A stretch of DNA of 64,000 nt, taken from NCBI RefSeq assembly GCF_009914755.1, contig NC_060933.1; one strand, written 5' to 3'. The first letter of the stretch is position 1; every line of letters begins with the position of its first letter. Both the position numbers and the translations under genes were made by a program. Origin of the DNA: the human T2T-CHM13v2.0 reference genome, Homo sapiens. The notes under the pieces were generated by a model, which saw nothing but the letters and a program-made list of their open reading frames with translations, was not told the origin of the DNA and did not search any database. This document shows, in pieces, positions 1-22,988 of this stretch.

Positions 1-155
1 ATGGGAAGTCTTTCCATTTGTTTAGGTCTTCATTAATTTCTTTCAGCAATGTCATAATTTTTAGTGTACCAGTAGTATTTTACCTCTTTACTTAAACTTG
101 TTCCTAGATATTCTTTTAGATGCTATTATAAATGGAATTGCTTTTTAAATTTCCT
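1..155 (-). mobile_element. L1M ORF2 fragment
   Basis: catggg..tctttccattt..tttaggtctt..taatttctttcagcaatgt motif of antisense L1. Confidence 0.6.
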
Positions 156-499
156 TGACACTATAAGACAACCCAGTGAAGAGTATGAGTTTAATTGCAG
201 CTATGGAAAAGTATTCTATACTCACCTAGGATGGAGTATAGAAGTTAAGAGGGCAAAAATCAGAGCCATGAGGAACTCCCATATTTAAAAGAACTGGTAA
301 TAATAATAATGATATTCATAATAATGGTAATAATAATTATAGCAATAGTTAACATTTATTGAGATTTATATTCAAGCAATACTTTGCTAAGCATGTATGT
401 GTCATCTTTTATCCTTTTTTCTTATTTTCAACTTTTTTTTTCTTCTGGATTTGTCTTTAAATATCTTAGTTTTTTTCATCCTAAAATTATCCTCCTTCA

Positions 500-1225
500 A
501 CCTTTTTCCCATCCCTTTCTTACCTCCCTTTTGTAACCAAACTTCTTGGAAAAGTTGACTGCATTTGTTTCTGTTACTTCTACTTTCATTCATTCTCTTA
601 TCCTCTCCACCTGGCTTCTGGCTCTATCACCCACTTCACAGCTCTTGAGAAGTTCACTAGTGCTCTCTCTGTCACTAAAGTCCTTATCGTAATACTGTGC
701 ATCCAGCACAGTTCAGCACTCCCTCCGTCTTGAAGTATTTTCCCCTTGCCTTTATGACATTATACTTTCCTTGTTTTTTCTTCTCTTCCTGATTGCTTGT
801 TCTCTGTCTTGGCTAGCTCATCCTACTCCACCAGTCCTTTATAAATGTGGGAGTTCCTCATGGCTCTGGTCTCTGCCCTCTTCTATACTCTATCCTAGGT
901 GAATATAGGATACTTTTCCGTGGCTGCAATTAAACTGAAAATTTCCAAATTTAATGCTTAATCCCAAGTCTGTTCTTTGAGCTCCAGCCTCTCCCCTAGG
1001 TTGTCTTATAGATGAATTAATGATCTTCCTTACTTACCTTTCCATGATTCCCCACTCCCTGCTCCCTTCATGGGGGAAAAATGTAGTTCTCCAATGTGCC
1101 TTACATGATATATCAGTTGGGTGTGCTAGAAGTTTGGGCATCATCATTGGCTCTTGCGTCTTTCTTATGCATATCCAATGAACCACTAAAGCCTTCAGAG
1201 TATATCTTTAAAACACCATGAATCT
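500..1225. mobile_element. L2 LINE fragment
   Basis: Pyrimidine-rich L2-like sequence (cactccctcc.tcttgaa..., catatccaat...). Confidence 0.55.
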
Positions 1226-1492
1226 GTCCAATTTTCATTTCTTCTGCCAACAACTTAGTCTGTTTTGTTTTAGCTCTTCTTCCAATGTGAAGATCAGGCC
1301 AGCCTGTTCAGTGTTGTGGTCTTTGGGTTTTAACTCCTCATCTCTTATAGGCCATGGCTTAAACCAGCAAGACATAGCACTCTTTAAATCCATGCTTAGG
1401 GAAAAGAAGACACTGTCTTCTTCAAAGAGTAGAAGTCTGCTGAAATGCAACTCTGCTTGTAACTCAAACTTTTACCTTCTTATCTAGTGCAC

Positions 1493-1789
1493 TTTTTTTT
1501 TTTTTTTTTTTTTTTGAGACAAGGTCTTGCTCTGTCATCCAGGCTTGAGTGCAGTGGTGTGATCGTGGCTCACTGCAGCCTTGGGCTCAAGCGATCCTCC
1601 CACCTTAGCCTCCCAAGTAGCTAGGACTGCAGGCACATGCCAGCGTACCTCACACATTTTTTAATTTTTTGTAGAGATAGGGTCTTACTATGTTGCCCAG
1701 GCTGATCTCAAACTCCTGGGCTTAAGTGATCCTCCTGCCTCAGCCTCCCAAAATGCTAGGATTACAGGCACAAGCCACCACACCTTGCC
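1493..1789 (-). repeat. AluJ-like
   Basis: Poly-T followed by antisense Alu consensus. Confidence 0.9.
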
Positions 1790-2319
1790 ACGTAGGGCAA
1801 TTTTATTCCATCTTGCCACATCTCTAATTCTAGTGAAATGACCCACTTATGGGGGATATCAGGTATTCCAGAAAAAGGAACAGACTTTCCCAAAGATATA
1901 TTGATGTATCCTCTACTTAATGCAAAAACAGAAAACCTGCTTACAGTCCTAAAGGATATTTGCTCTCTGCTTGGAGCTAACTCTCTGAGACTCCTGTCTG
2001 TCTCTTTTCTACTTGACTAAACCATTTCCAAAGAATAGTACAACTTCTGCATAGGTTCTCTTCAGAGCAGCAGTTCTTAACTGAGGTCCATGGATAGGCT
2101 TTGAAGAAAAGATATGAGAACTCCTGAAATTGTGGGTGGTGGTGTGATCTTAAGCTTTTTAACCACCCATTTCCTCATCTTTAAAATGGATTTTATAATA
2201 GTCCCTAAATCATAGGATTGTTGTGAGGGCTAAATGGGATAATTAAATAGATATAAAAAGCCTAGCACAGTGCCTGGTACACAGTTATTTTAATATGTAT
2301 AACAAAAATTACAATGTAA

Positions 2320-2656
<337 letters not shown>

Positions 2657-4107
2657 CAGTATACTTTTAAAGTGTATGTGGACAAACAGAAATAGTAGAG
2701 AGTCAACTCCAAGTATAAGGTCTCTTTATTTAAGGTAGCTTTATTTCATCATCCTGAAATGTCTAGGGCTATCACAGGGGCTAAATTATAGCTATGAACT
2801 AGAACTAGGGAAGCATCAAGAACTATGGATGGTAAACATAATAGAGTCCAAATTCACTTATAACTCAGATGGGTGTAACATTTTTCTTTATTTAGTCTAT
2901 GGCACCTGTTTTCTTTGTGAGTGCACCTCTCTTCTATCCATGTCATGATTATTGCTGGAAATATGGTGGAAACTAATCAAATGTTCTCTCTGTTCAAACC
3001 TTGTTCTAAAAATGTAAACACTTCCTTTAAATACTTTTCAGGTCTTTTGAATAAGAATCCTCAGTCTCTTAGCCTCCTCTTCCCTATGCTTCTCTCCCTA
3101 AGATGACAGCCAGTGTATGTTGTAGTTGGGTGTATAGCCTTCTTTTATCCTATGCCTTGGAGTTGAGGATTGTGACCAGCTGGAAATTGTTCTCCCTTGT
3201 CCACCTTACCCTGCCTAATCTGCTGGCCCCTGATGATGAAACCCCTGGCTGGTATAACTTGCAGTTTGATCTTGCTTCTGGTTTGGAGCATGGGGGTGCT
3301 TTCCCTTCATCTCATCTCCCACTAGCATTATAAGCCCCTACTGAGGCTACTAGGCATTCCGTCTAGCTTGCTAGCCCAGTGGCCTGTCCTTATACCCAGT
3401 TTGGGAGCCAGTTCCCCACAGTGACTACCTACATTAGCTCTCAACTTTCAGGATCCATGCCACTTGAGACCAAGGAGTCCAACTGGGGTCTCTTTCCTAA
3501 TCGTACCTCTCTGCTCTTTCAGCAAGGCTGGGCAATTGTATATGGGTGTGGGGCTTCTGCACTGCAGTCTGCATTTTCTCTCCTGAATAGTTTAGGAGCC
3601 CGTCTCTCCCCATTGATACCTTTACTTATCATCCCCCTTTCTGGACCAAAACTCAGACAGAGGACAATTGGGAAACAAGTCTTTCTTACTGTCTCTTTTC
3701 TCCTTTCTGCCATTCCCAGGGCTGGAGAGCACTAGGCTTTTCTTTTACTTCCTTTCTATCAGTGCTTCTGAAATTACTTGTGGAGAAGGTATAGTTTTTA
3801 TTTTGTTATAAATTTGTCACAGCCTAACACTTTTATAAAACATGAATTAGTAGAAAAGTGAAATTTAAAATATACAAATAAAAGTCCATTTTAAAAATTG
3901 TTAGAGTCATCAGACATAAAATTATTCTGTCAAATTGCTATAAAAGTATCTCAGCACTTTCAATTGCGTACTTATCCATCATGGACCAGTAACAGAGAGT
4001 ATGTGAACTGGCCAGCTCTGACTCATGGCGTCCTTCCTGTCCTGCTAAGCTTTAGTGATGGACAACATCATTTCTAAACCCCTAGAAGGCACCATGAACA
4101 TTGCACC

Positions 4108-4741
<634 letters not shown>

Positions 4742-5218
4742 GATGTGGATGGAAACTAAAGAAATTTGGAAAGTGCACTTCATAAGACCATGATCTGTCT
4801 TCCAAGTCTATTCTCATATTGCAAACTCCCATTTTTGAACACAAGAAATTGAACATTACATTTTGCATTTCTACTATAATAAATTTTAATATACTCACAG
4901 CAGATGGATGTCTTGGGTGGAGTAACTATGAAAGTAATAAGCTCAGAAAGGCAGAAGAGAATAACCCACTTATAAATTTCAGACTCTTATCCTTGTTACG
5001 CTAATGTGTAACACTCACGAAGAATGAAAAAAACGCTCAGTTTTGTTAGTAAATCCTAATTTTTGCAGTTGTATTGTATTGCCTCAGTAAGAGCTAACAT
5101 TCCTTTCTTCTTAGATATGCTAATTACCCTGGTCTGATCACTATACATTATATGTATTGAAATAATCACTGTGTACCTCACGAATATGTACAATTATTAT
5201 TTGTCAATTAAAAATTAA

Positions 5219-5730
<512 letters not shown>

Positions 5731-5799
5731 AATTGTCATCAGTGTACTTAATGGTCAGGTGTAAAAGCAATAAGGTGTTTTCAATTTCTTTTTCTATAG

Positions 5800-5913
5800 G
5801 AACTACAATTAAAAACAGGACAGGAAGAAGGTCTAAAACCGAAAGCTGAGGACCTTGATGCATGTAACTTGAAAAGGAGAAAAGGTTCGTTTGGAAGTAT
5901 AGACCATCTCCAG
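5800..5913 (+). pseudogene. KIF27P1: KIF27-like exon (ELQLKTGQEEGLKPKAEDLDACNLKRRKGSFGSIDHLQ)
   Basis: ttttctatag|GAA...CTCCAG|gtttgt, 114 bp, phase 0-0, open. Confidence 0.9.
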
Positions 5914-5980
5914 GTTTGTCAATTCTATTTAGCGTTTCCTGGTTTCTCTTCAATCTGATGGTTGTCTAAATAGAGGTAAA

Positions 5981-6338
<358 letters not shown>

Positions 6339-6679
6339 CTAGATGCCGCCCAAATGCAAAATTTCTAGTATTTGTTCTGAAACTTTATTATTTTTCTTTT
6401 CTTAAATTTTAGATTCAGGGATACACATGCAGGTTTGTTAGATGGGTATATTGTGTGATGCTAAGATTTGGGCTTCTAATAATCCTGTTGCCCAAGTAGT
6501 GAAACTTTTATTATTACAAAATTATTTTCTCATCCAGAAATGTGCTGTATTTTTTGTTTTTCCTTGCTCTCAGCAGAATCAATATATTCTTATTTCAGTA
6601 GAAAGGAGTTGATTTGAATGTTGTAGAATATAAACATGAAATCCACGTTCACTGGACTGTATTTATTCCCATCTCATGA

Positions 6680-6975
6680 AGACGAGTATATTTTATTTTG
6701 TTTGAGATGGAGTCTCGCTCTGTCGCCCAGGCTGGAGTGCTGTGGCACGATCTCAGCTCACTGCAAGCTCCGCCTCCCGGGTTCACACCATTCTCTGCCT
6801 CAGCCTCCCAAGTAGCTGGCACTACAGGTGCCCACCACCATGCCCGACTAATTTTTTGTATTTTTAGTAGAGACGGGGTTTCACCATGTTAGCCAGGATG
6901 GTTTCGATTTCGTGATCTGCCTGCCTTGGCTTCCCAAAGTGCTGGGATTACAGGTGTGAGCCACCGCGCCCAGCC
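6680..6975 (-). repeat. Alu
   Basis: Antisense Alu consensus. Confidence 0.9.
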
Positions 6976-8567
6976 AAAGACAAGTATATTTCTAAAAATC
7001 AGAACTCTACATTCAAAGAAAACCAAATTGTATATGTACTTTATATATTAAAAAGCCATTATTTTAGTGCCACCTTTTAAAAAGAAAGTCATAATCCACA
7101 AACTAATTTTGAAGTTCAAAGAAATTGAAATTTTAAATTTTATGTAAGCAAAAAATACTGTATTTAAAATACCTAGAATGCAATTATCTCTACCTTACTT
7201 TAGAAAGATTTATTCTCTCTTCATAAATTTTACATTACATTTTCTTAGTGACGTTTAATAGTGACATGGGTGCATTCCCACACACACCCATTCCACCCAG
7301 AAATGTCATCACCAGTTGTAATTTTTTAGGTTTTTTCCTTTTAAGTAGAGCTTAAAAAGAATCTCTTATTCATCTTTCAAACCCCACTCACAGTTTAAGA
7401 ATGTTTGTAGAATATATTTAAGTTACTTGCTAGACTTCCTAGGATCTCCTACTGGAGTATTTAAGGATATGACAAAATTAACATTTTTATAGTTGCTCTT
7501 TCTCTTCCTAATAATTGTAGAGCTACTATAATATTTTAGGCTCCAGTGTTATCTGGACATGATAGTGCTTATAAGATTATACTATTAATATCCTGGTGTT
7601 ATTGGAAGACCGAATAACTATGCATCTTCTTTGTCTTGGCCATTTTGCTCTCTTTTTCTCATATATATTCACTGTCTCATTGTATGATAGATTTCCAGAA
7701 ACCCTTTCTATAAGGTTCATGAAGGACTAGGAAATAATACTATATGGATTTCTTTTCCTATTTATTTGTTGTTTTGGTGGCAGTGCTTCATTACCGTGTC
7801 CACTTGGTAGAGTTCCTTTTAAACAGTCATATTCCATCTATATTTATGTTTGTATTTGTTTCCGCATATCCTTAATTCAAGAGAGTACTCAGATGTTTGT
7901 TTTGGAGATCTTTTCAGCAATTTTTTATTTTTGTTTTTTTCTTTTTTTAAAATAATTATTTGAGGTTGACAAGCTACAATGCAAATTGGCTTTCCTTCCA
8001 TCCTCCATCATCTGTGTCTTCCACTGTGTGTATTCATTTATTCACTTCATTGACTGACTGAATCAGGCATTCATTCACTCATTCATTTAACATTTTATTG
8101 AATGCCCACTGTGGCCCAGGCAATATACCAGCCATGTGGATAGACGGGTAAAAACTACAGCCCCTGCAATCAATCAAGGAACTCAAGTTGGGGAGATAGA
8201 TACGTAGGGCAGCCACCAGTGTAAGTGCTGTGATGGAACTGTGCAGCACTACAACAGAGTAAAATACTCCAGCATGTTCTTAATATAGGCATAGAAAATT
8301 ATCAGCCCTTTCTTCGTCAGGCTAAAAAATCCTAGACTGTTTAACATATCTGGGGGGTAAATTTTAATTCTTTATAAAACAACATAGCTACATCTTGACT
8401 AGAACCACTGATGTCTTTAGGATCTCAGACGGCTACCTGAGTTACTCTAAGTGATAGTTTTTAAATGTTCATTTAAGAGATTTCAGCCAATCTGAAATTC
8501 TATTATTACCATATAATTTTTATGGCAGAAGGAAAAACAAGTAATTTTTTTTTTAATTTTAATGTAG

Positions 8568-8744
8568 AAATTGGATAAGCAAAAGAAATAGTTAGATGAA
8601 GAAGTAGAGAAAGTTCTGAACCAATGCCAAGAATTAGAGGAGCTGGAAGCAGACTTAAAGAAACGGGAGGCCATAGTTTCTAAGAAGGAGGCTCTGTTAC
8701 AGGAGAAGAGTCACCTGGAAAATAAGAAATTGAGATCTAGTCAG
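8568..8744 (+). pseudogene. KIF27P1: KIF27-like exon with premature stop ([33 protein letters not shown]...KKLRSSQ)
   Basis: aatgtag|AAA...AGTCAG|gtattc, 177 bp; in-frame TAG at 8589-8591 where the parent has W as I recall. Confidence 0.92.
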
Positions 8745-8789
8745 GTATTCTGTTTAATACACTACTTGATTCTGGTTGTAAACCACTCC

Positions 8790-9930
<1,141 letters not shown>

Positions 9931-10844
9931 TTTTTGAAAAGCCATAAAAGGGAAAAGACAGTAGAGGAGATAACAGAGGACAAAAGATTACAAAAAAATA
10001 AAAGATGGAAAGCAAATAGATGAGAGCTTATTAACTTAGCAGAACAGAAGATGCTGCATTGCAAGTACCTAGAGAGACACAAATGAGAGCCAGGCCAAGA
10101 TCCTACATATATGCTATCACCACACATCTTACCAGCTTTTTAATACCTGACTCTGAAATGTGATGGGCATTTTAGGAATGCTTTAGATGTTTTCCTTTTT
10201 TAAAAATAACAGTTTTAGAGAGATAAAATTCACATAGAACATCAAAAAGACTCAGAAATGAAGGGACCAAGATTTTCAGAAGGCAGGAGTAGCATAAAGA
10301 TGAAAACAGGGCATAGTCATGAAACTATTTTTTCTCACTCTGGGACCGATTTATTTTCTGAAGATTGAACCAGGCACAGCAAAGGTTGTGATAAGTCAAA
10401 AAAACTCCAAGTAGGGAATGAATGCAAGTCTGCATATGAATTGTGAAACATCTATTTCCTAATCTCTACTTGGATCTAAGAATGCTGGCAGCCAGATTTA
10501 TACTTCCTAGCCGGAGATTGGCATATTTTCTGAAACATCTAAAAAGATATGAAAACTCTTAAATTTGGAAGCCCCCACTTAAATAAGTGGCCCACATATA
10601 TGCTGTTACCACAAATCTTATCTGCTTTTCGATACCTGACTCTGAAATATGATGGACATTTCAGGAATGCCACTATTAAAGACAGAAAACAAAACAAAAG
10701 GAAAAAATAAACTCAGAGACGTTAGAGATAGAACAAGAAGCTGAAAAAACTTCACAGAAATCTTAATATCCTCAATGTGGTAAAAGATGACTATCTATAA
10801 AGAACTACAAGTTATTAAAAACATGAAAGAGCTCTTGGAAATTA

Positions 10845-11150
<306 letters not shown>

Positions 11151-11363
11151 GGGTCAGAGGATAAAGTTGAGGAAATATTCTGAAAAGTAAGTAAAAATAC
11201 AAGTTAATAGAAAGTAGGAGCGAAACATTTTTAATTGGCAGATAAATTCAGAAAGCCCAAGATCCAAGTAATGGGAATTCCAGAAAGATACAACAGAGAA
11301 AACAGAAAAGAGGAGATTATCAAAGACATCATATAAACAATTTTCTCAACACCAGTAATGTGA

Positions 11364-15264
<3,901 letters not shown>

Positions 15265-16745
15265 ATATATATATATATAAAACTTTATATATATAAAACT
15301 TTATATATATGTAAAACTTTATATATATATAAACTTTATAAAGTTTATGTATATAAAGTTTATACATATATATAGAAAGAAATAGCCCATCAAGGGCCCA
15401 GCAAAATGAGTACCCAAAACATATCACTGTGAAGGTTTGGATACACTGACTGAGGAAAAAAGAAGGTCCTGAAAGCGTCTAGACAAAAAAGACTACTTGT
15501 AAGTTGCAAGAATCAGAATGGCATTGGACTTCTCAGCTTTCCTCATTAGAAGTTTAAGATCTGAAGCAATCTTTAAACTCATGAGGAAAATTAAGTCTAA
15601 TAAATAATTTTCTTCTTAGCCAAACTCTCAATCAAATGTGAAGCTAGAATAAGCATTTTCAGGCAAAAAAACAAAAAACAAACAAAAAAAAACCCTCACA
15701 TCAAGCCTGTCCAGAGAAACTACTAGAGAATGTGCCCCACAAAAATAAGGGCACCAACTATGAAAAAGGAAGACTCAGGATTCTGAAAATGTGCTCCAAC
15801 ATGGAAATTCTCAGGAAATACCAAAGGGAAGACCCAGGACAACTGGTCCAGTGTGGAGCAGGAGGATGGATGCTCCAGGCAAAATGTTTCCAGAAAAGAA
15901 TAGATTGAAAAGATTTCCTGATAAGTTTGATCAAATGAAAAAGTGTTGAGGAATTTTATAGTTCTGTTGGAGAAGAATTAGTATAAGGTGCAAAAAAAAG
16001 TTGTATCAAAACAGAAGCATGATCATTTCATACTAGATAGTTCACCTATGAATAACAAAGTTATAATAATGAAAATGAATATTGATTTAACTAAAAACTA
16101 TAATGTAACTTATATTGGGAGAATGGAGGAGGATGGGAAGTAGAGTAGGTATAAGAGTGCTAAATCCTTATCTCCCATAATACACAGTCAGTAGACAATG
16201 TCTAAAATTGATAATGCCATTTAGAAACATGGACATAAACACCAGAAGAACCAACTGAAAAGGTTGAAGGTGGCCGTCTGGGAGTAGGATTCAATTAAAA
16301 GCTTGGGGGAGGGGAATGCTTTTTTAAAATTATAAACCTTATGATAGTATGTGTCTCTATAATAAACCTCATGGTAGTATATACAAATAATTACTGTGAA
16401 AAGTATTTTACAAATTACCTGAAATTTGACCATAGTGAACATCTCCATAAATCTGGCCATATTTTCTGATCAGAATGAAATACGAGTAAAAACAAATTAT
16501 ATGTTTAAGCCAACCAATCGTATGTTTAAACACACCACATCTCAACCCCTAGTAAATTGTAACATAATTCTACAATGTAGAATGTAAGCCAAGAAAGAAA
16601 AGTTCAATTTAGAAAATAAGAAAAAAGAAAAATACTGCCTCTGAAAACCTAGTCAAGGCAATTCTTGGCAGTAAACTCAGAGTTTAAATAGACTTTTTTT
16701 TTTTAAAAAGGCATTCAACTTAAGATTTTAGAAAATGAACACCCC

Positions 16746-17045
<300 letters not shown>

Positions 17046-17205
17046 ATGAATACCCCCTCCCTCAAAAAAATCCATGGGAGAAAACAATAATGTAAAAACT
17101 AAAAATATATTCATTTAGCAATTTTCTCTATGTTTTTCCTAATTTTTATGCAGTCTAGATTTCTAGTAACTGTTTTCGGGGTGTCTGGTGGGTTGTATCT
17201 TTTAG

Positions 17206-17423
17206 GCCTTAAACACAGATAGTTTGAAAGTATCAACTCGCCTGAACTTAATGGAACAAGACTTCTCTGAAAAGAATGTGCAGCTCCAGACCAGTACAGC
17301 TGAGGAGAAAACAAAGATTTCAGAGCAAGTTGAAGTCCTCCAGAAAGAAAAGGATCAGCTCCAGAAACGAAGACACATTTTTAAGATGAAAAACTTAAAA
17401 ATGGTAGAGTGTTATCACCTGAA
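17206..17423 (+). pseudogene. KIF27P1: KIF27-like exon with frameshift (ALNTDSLKVSTRLNL...QKRRH / DEKLKNGRVLSPE)
   Basis: tttag|GCC...CCTGAA|gtaagt, 218 bp (not a multiple of 3); the frame switches around 17377-17384. Confidence 0.9.
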
Positions 17424-19670
17424 GTAAGTCAGTATTCTTTGGAACTGGAGGTGCTGTATGATGGATCACTTGAGTGATTTCCTCAGTCTTTTTCACATAA
17501 TCATAAATATTATCTGGTAAACTTGGTTCCTTGAGATTTTGTCAGATGTAGTGAGTTCACCTGGCACTTATTTGGCACCATAAACCACGCTTGACTAGAG
17601 ACTGAGATATCCTTACATAGTGGTCCATGGACATGGCCTCTTCCTGGCACTGCCAGGCATTTGGAAACTATTAATTTCCTTGAGTATATTTGCCTTCTCA
17701 GCTGGGGTTTCTCGTCTGAAATCACAGAACATAGAAAATGATTTGAGGGACTCTACTGGAGGGCACCTGACTTTTCTCTATATATATTTCTTGAAGGATA
17801 CTAGGTAATTTATTACATACAAGAGATGCCTAAGGAATTAGGGGTTAATTCTTTCCATGAAACCTTGGTTTAAAAGGCCCAATGTCCATACTATGTCCAG
17901 CCAAATAGATGCACAAAATTCCAATCCCAGTAAAAGACCTTTTAGTTATAGTTACAGTTTTTTTAAAACTATAGTTTTAGTTACAGTTTTTTTAAAACTA
18001 TAGTTTTAGTTATAGTTTTTTAAAACTATGTAGAAGATGATTCATTTATGGGCTGTCAAATTGCCCCAGACTTTGTCTTTTTTCAAAATTTTCAGTCAGT
18101 TGGCAGTGGTACCTTTACCTTACTTCATCAGAGAAAGATGAATTTTTGAATCTGAACTTCCTCTGCAAATATTTATTGTTGGTGTCTCATCATTACCAAA
18201 CCAAGGGAAAATTGCTAAGAGAAGGTGAATAGCTGAGAATCATACACAGTGGTGAATCTTGTAGTGTTTTAGTTTGGAGCAAGTGACAGGAAGTTATGAG
18301 GGCTAGTTAAGAAATAGGAGCAAGGATAACATTAGATTGTTGCTCATTGAGAATTGATGAAAGGATTGACTTACAAATCAATCCTTGATTGGGGGCTAAG
18401 TGGCGGTTGAAAGGAACATTATAGCCCTCTGTTGCCGTTTTATAACTTAAGCTGGGTAGCTGTGCAGAGGAACAGAGAGCCAGGGTGTCCTCCCAAGGTG
18501 TTAAATTGGAGCCCAAGGGTTATAGATTTGAAGACATGAGAGCCTAAGATACAGCAGAATTCAAATATTTAAGGAATTCTGCCTGCCTGTGACTATTACT
18601 AAGCTCTATAGAAGATAGAAGAAGCCAAAAAAAAAAAAACCCAAAGTATTATGTTTCCCTTGAGAAATTAATACTCTATTTGGGAAAACAGATAGAAATA
18701 TAAGAAAACTGTAAACTCTGAAGGACACTGAAAATCAAGTTGTGGATAACGTATTACAGCTATACCTCTTACATTATTTATTCAAAGCAATGAAGTGATC
18801 ATTTGGGGGAAGATTCATCAAGGCAGCCTCAGTAGATCAGAATCTTGAGCTAGATTATGAAAAACATGATATGCACTGGCAGATACAAGAAAGAAGTCCG
18901 TTTTAGACAGAACATCTTTGAATAAGGCACAGAGATGAGAATTAACAAATTATGTTTGCAGTAGGGTAGAGTTCCATTAATATCAAGAAACATTTAGGTT
19001 TCTATTTCATGTGGGATCCCATAACAAAAAACGTTATTTACAGATTTGTGGTGAAAATATAGTATGGTGCATGATACCTATTTTGCGGCTATTCTGGACT
19101 GGGGTTTGAGGGAATGATGAGCCTCCTACAACTGGTAGAGTTCTACTTACTCACATGAGCTTCTATGCACCTTTCTTCCACATGGTTGGTTCTTCTTAGT
19201 GTACCTCTCAAGTGAGGCTCTGCTCTTATCACGATTTTAAAGCCAAGGTTAATATTCCAAATAGATCTGTCACTAGCAGATGATCGAGAACATGAGATTC
19301 TGATGTGACACAAGGTATCAATAAAATCTAGTTGGAATGGTTTGCTATCTTAATGTCTTTAAACTTGTTTAGGATAATTTTCTCTTTCCACAGTAAATTA
19401 AAATATTTTTCCTAATTTTATTACTTTAAGGAAATGGATAGAAAGATTTTAGATCGTTACACTAATAGAAGATTACCTAACAATTTACTACAGACAGGTC
19501 ACACCGCTTTTTTTTTTTTTTTTGGTAAAATCCAGAAACTAAAATTAAAGAATACCTGAACTTTAGATTTCTAATAATACAGAGTAGTTGCTTAATAGGT
19601 AGGGAGGAAAATATAAGAACTATTATGTTTCTCTAATCTTTTAAACTTTTAATTTCTCATTTTATGATGA

Positions 19671-20280
<610 letters not shown>

Positions 20281-20319
20281 GAGAACATATAATTTATAGG
20301 GAAATCTCTGCAGTGCTTG

Positions 20320-20510
20320 CTCAAAAGTTGTTGTTAGTTTTTTGTTTCATTTTACTTGGTCTCTGGACCAGCAGCAACAGCATCACTTGGAGGCTTGTTA
20401 GAAATGCAGATCCTCAGGCCCCAAGTGGACCTGCTGGATCAGAATCTGAATTCTAGTGAGCTCCTGGGTACACATTAAAGTTGAAAAGCAGTGCTCTATC
20501 ATAAAGCAGA
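20320..20510. mobile_element. MER5-like hAT MITE
   Basis: ggaccagcagc..catcac.tgg..gcttgttagaaatgcaga motif. Confidence 0.7.
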
Positions 20511-20834
20511 GTCAACTCTTGATAACCTGTGGTTTGTATTGTGGCAAATTTTTCATCCCAGGATAGTTACCCATTGCCACGTATCTTGTCAACCTACACC
20601 TATTGCTGAGTTAGAGGGAACTGCAAACACTGATATGCTGCAGCCTCACTGGAGCGGGCTGTCCTTGGGTTTCTATATTCACACTACCTTATATTATCTC
20701 AGTACTTCCTTAACTTAGATCTAAAACCATAGAAACTGAATTTATACGAAATTGTCCTCAGCCACGTATAAAGGCAAACTCTTCACATTTGTTTTTGATA
20801 AAATATAGTCACAGTATAAATTCAAAAGTCAAGT

Positions 20835-21048
20835 ACAGTAAAGTCCTCACTGAACACTGTGGATAGGTTCTTGGAAATTGTGACTTTAAGAGACACCATG
20901 TACATCAGGTCCTCAAATTACATTGTTTTCCTTCAACATAGTTGCTTTTGTTACAAAGTTAATAAGAAAAAAAATTTGTTTCGTTATGTATTGTTTCTCT
21001 TAAAGTCACAGTTTCCAAGAACCTATTGATGATAAGGACTTACTCTAT
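20835..21048. mobile_element. Tigger-type MITE with inverted termini
   Basis: ataggttcttggaaattgtgactttaag / cttaaagtcacagtttccaagaacctat inverted repeat. Confidence 0.7.
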
Positions 21049-21263
21049 ATTGGATAATTCACTTTTATTTGTGGCTCCTCTTATTCGTTCACCTAAGTAC
21101 ATTTTAGTATTTAAGGGGTTTTTTCTTGTAAAGGTGAATATTATTTTATTCCTTATGGAGCAATTATCAAACCATCAAATTCCATATGGTTAGTGATTGC
21201 ACAGAGAAATAGAATGGCTGGTGAACATTTTTCTTTAGGTAGATCAGAAATATTCACATTATT

Positions 21264-22046
<783 letters not shown>

Positions 22047-22558
22047 GAACTTGTAGGTTTTCCTACAGGGATTCATCGATCTTCTCTAGTATGTGAAAAA
22101 ATATTACGTTGCCCTATTTTTAACACCTACATTTTCCTTCTAATAACATTTCATAGGAATCTTATGAAATATTTCAGATACTTAAATCCTCACTACTTTT
22201 TTATGCCATATTGTGCTTTTTTATTACTAGTTCTTAATAACTTATTCTAACATTTAGAATAAGTTATTCCCTCTAGGCAGTATATTGTTTTGATAGATCA
22301 CTGAAGGGACAACAGTGAGTCTCTAGATCTCACTAGTGGAAATATTGACACACAATATGCACTTTAGGGGTCATGGAGGAGATATATGACAATACTGCTA
22401 ATCCTGTGGGCTTAGGCTTTGTTCAAGTATATTCCGTGGATTAGATGATCAGCATTTGTTGTATAACCTTGGAACATTTCAGAACTCCCCTAAACTTCTG
22501 TCTTTTCCATTTTATTCCATCAGGTTTATTGTGAGGGCTTAATGATTATGTTAATCTG

Positions 22559-22559
22559 T

Positions 22560-22598
<39 letters not shown>

Positions 22599-22620
22599 AT
22601 ACACACATGTATACACACAC
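22559..22620. repeat. (TG)n/(CA)n microsatellite
   Basis: Seen directly. Confidence 0.95.
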
Positions 22621-22781
22621 TGCATTATGTGGCATAGCAAGCACTCAAAAAACATTTTCTTAAAATGTAGTACAAGAGTGGTAATATCCATTAGACTCAA
22701 ATAGTTTAGTAGTATCTGAGTATATGACAAAGTCAAAGTTATACTATTTCATTTAAAATGAGTGATTTCTGTTATATCTAG

Positions 22782-22988
22782 GAAGAACATGTTCTTTTCC
22801 AACTTGAAGAAGGGATTGAAGCTTTGGAAGCTGCAATTGAATACAAGAATGAAAGTATCCAGAATTGCCAGAAGTCACTTAGAGCATCATTCCATAACCT
22901 CTCTCGTGGTGAAGCAAATGTCTTGGAAAAACTAGCTTGCCTGAGTCCTGTTGAGATTAGAGCTATTCTTTTCAGATATTTCAATAAG
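22782..22988 (+). pseudogene. KIF27P1: KIF27-like exon (EEHVLFQLEEGIEALEAAIEYKNESI...ILFRYFNK)
   Basis: atctag|GAA...AATAAG|gtttgt, 207 bp, open. Confidence 0.92.

Noticed and set aside
17940-18030. Direct repeats resembling an array
   Set aside because: Simple AT-rich tandem duplication with no spacers; not CRISPR-like, and the context is eukaryotic.
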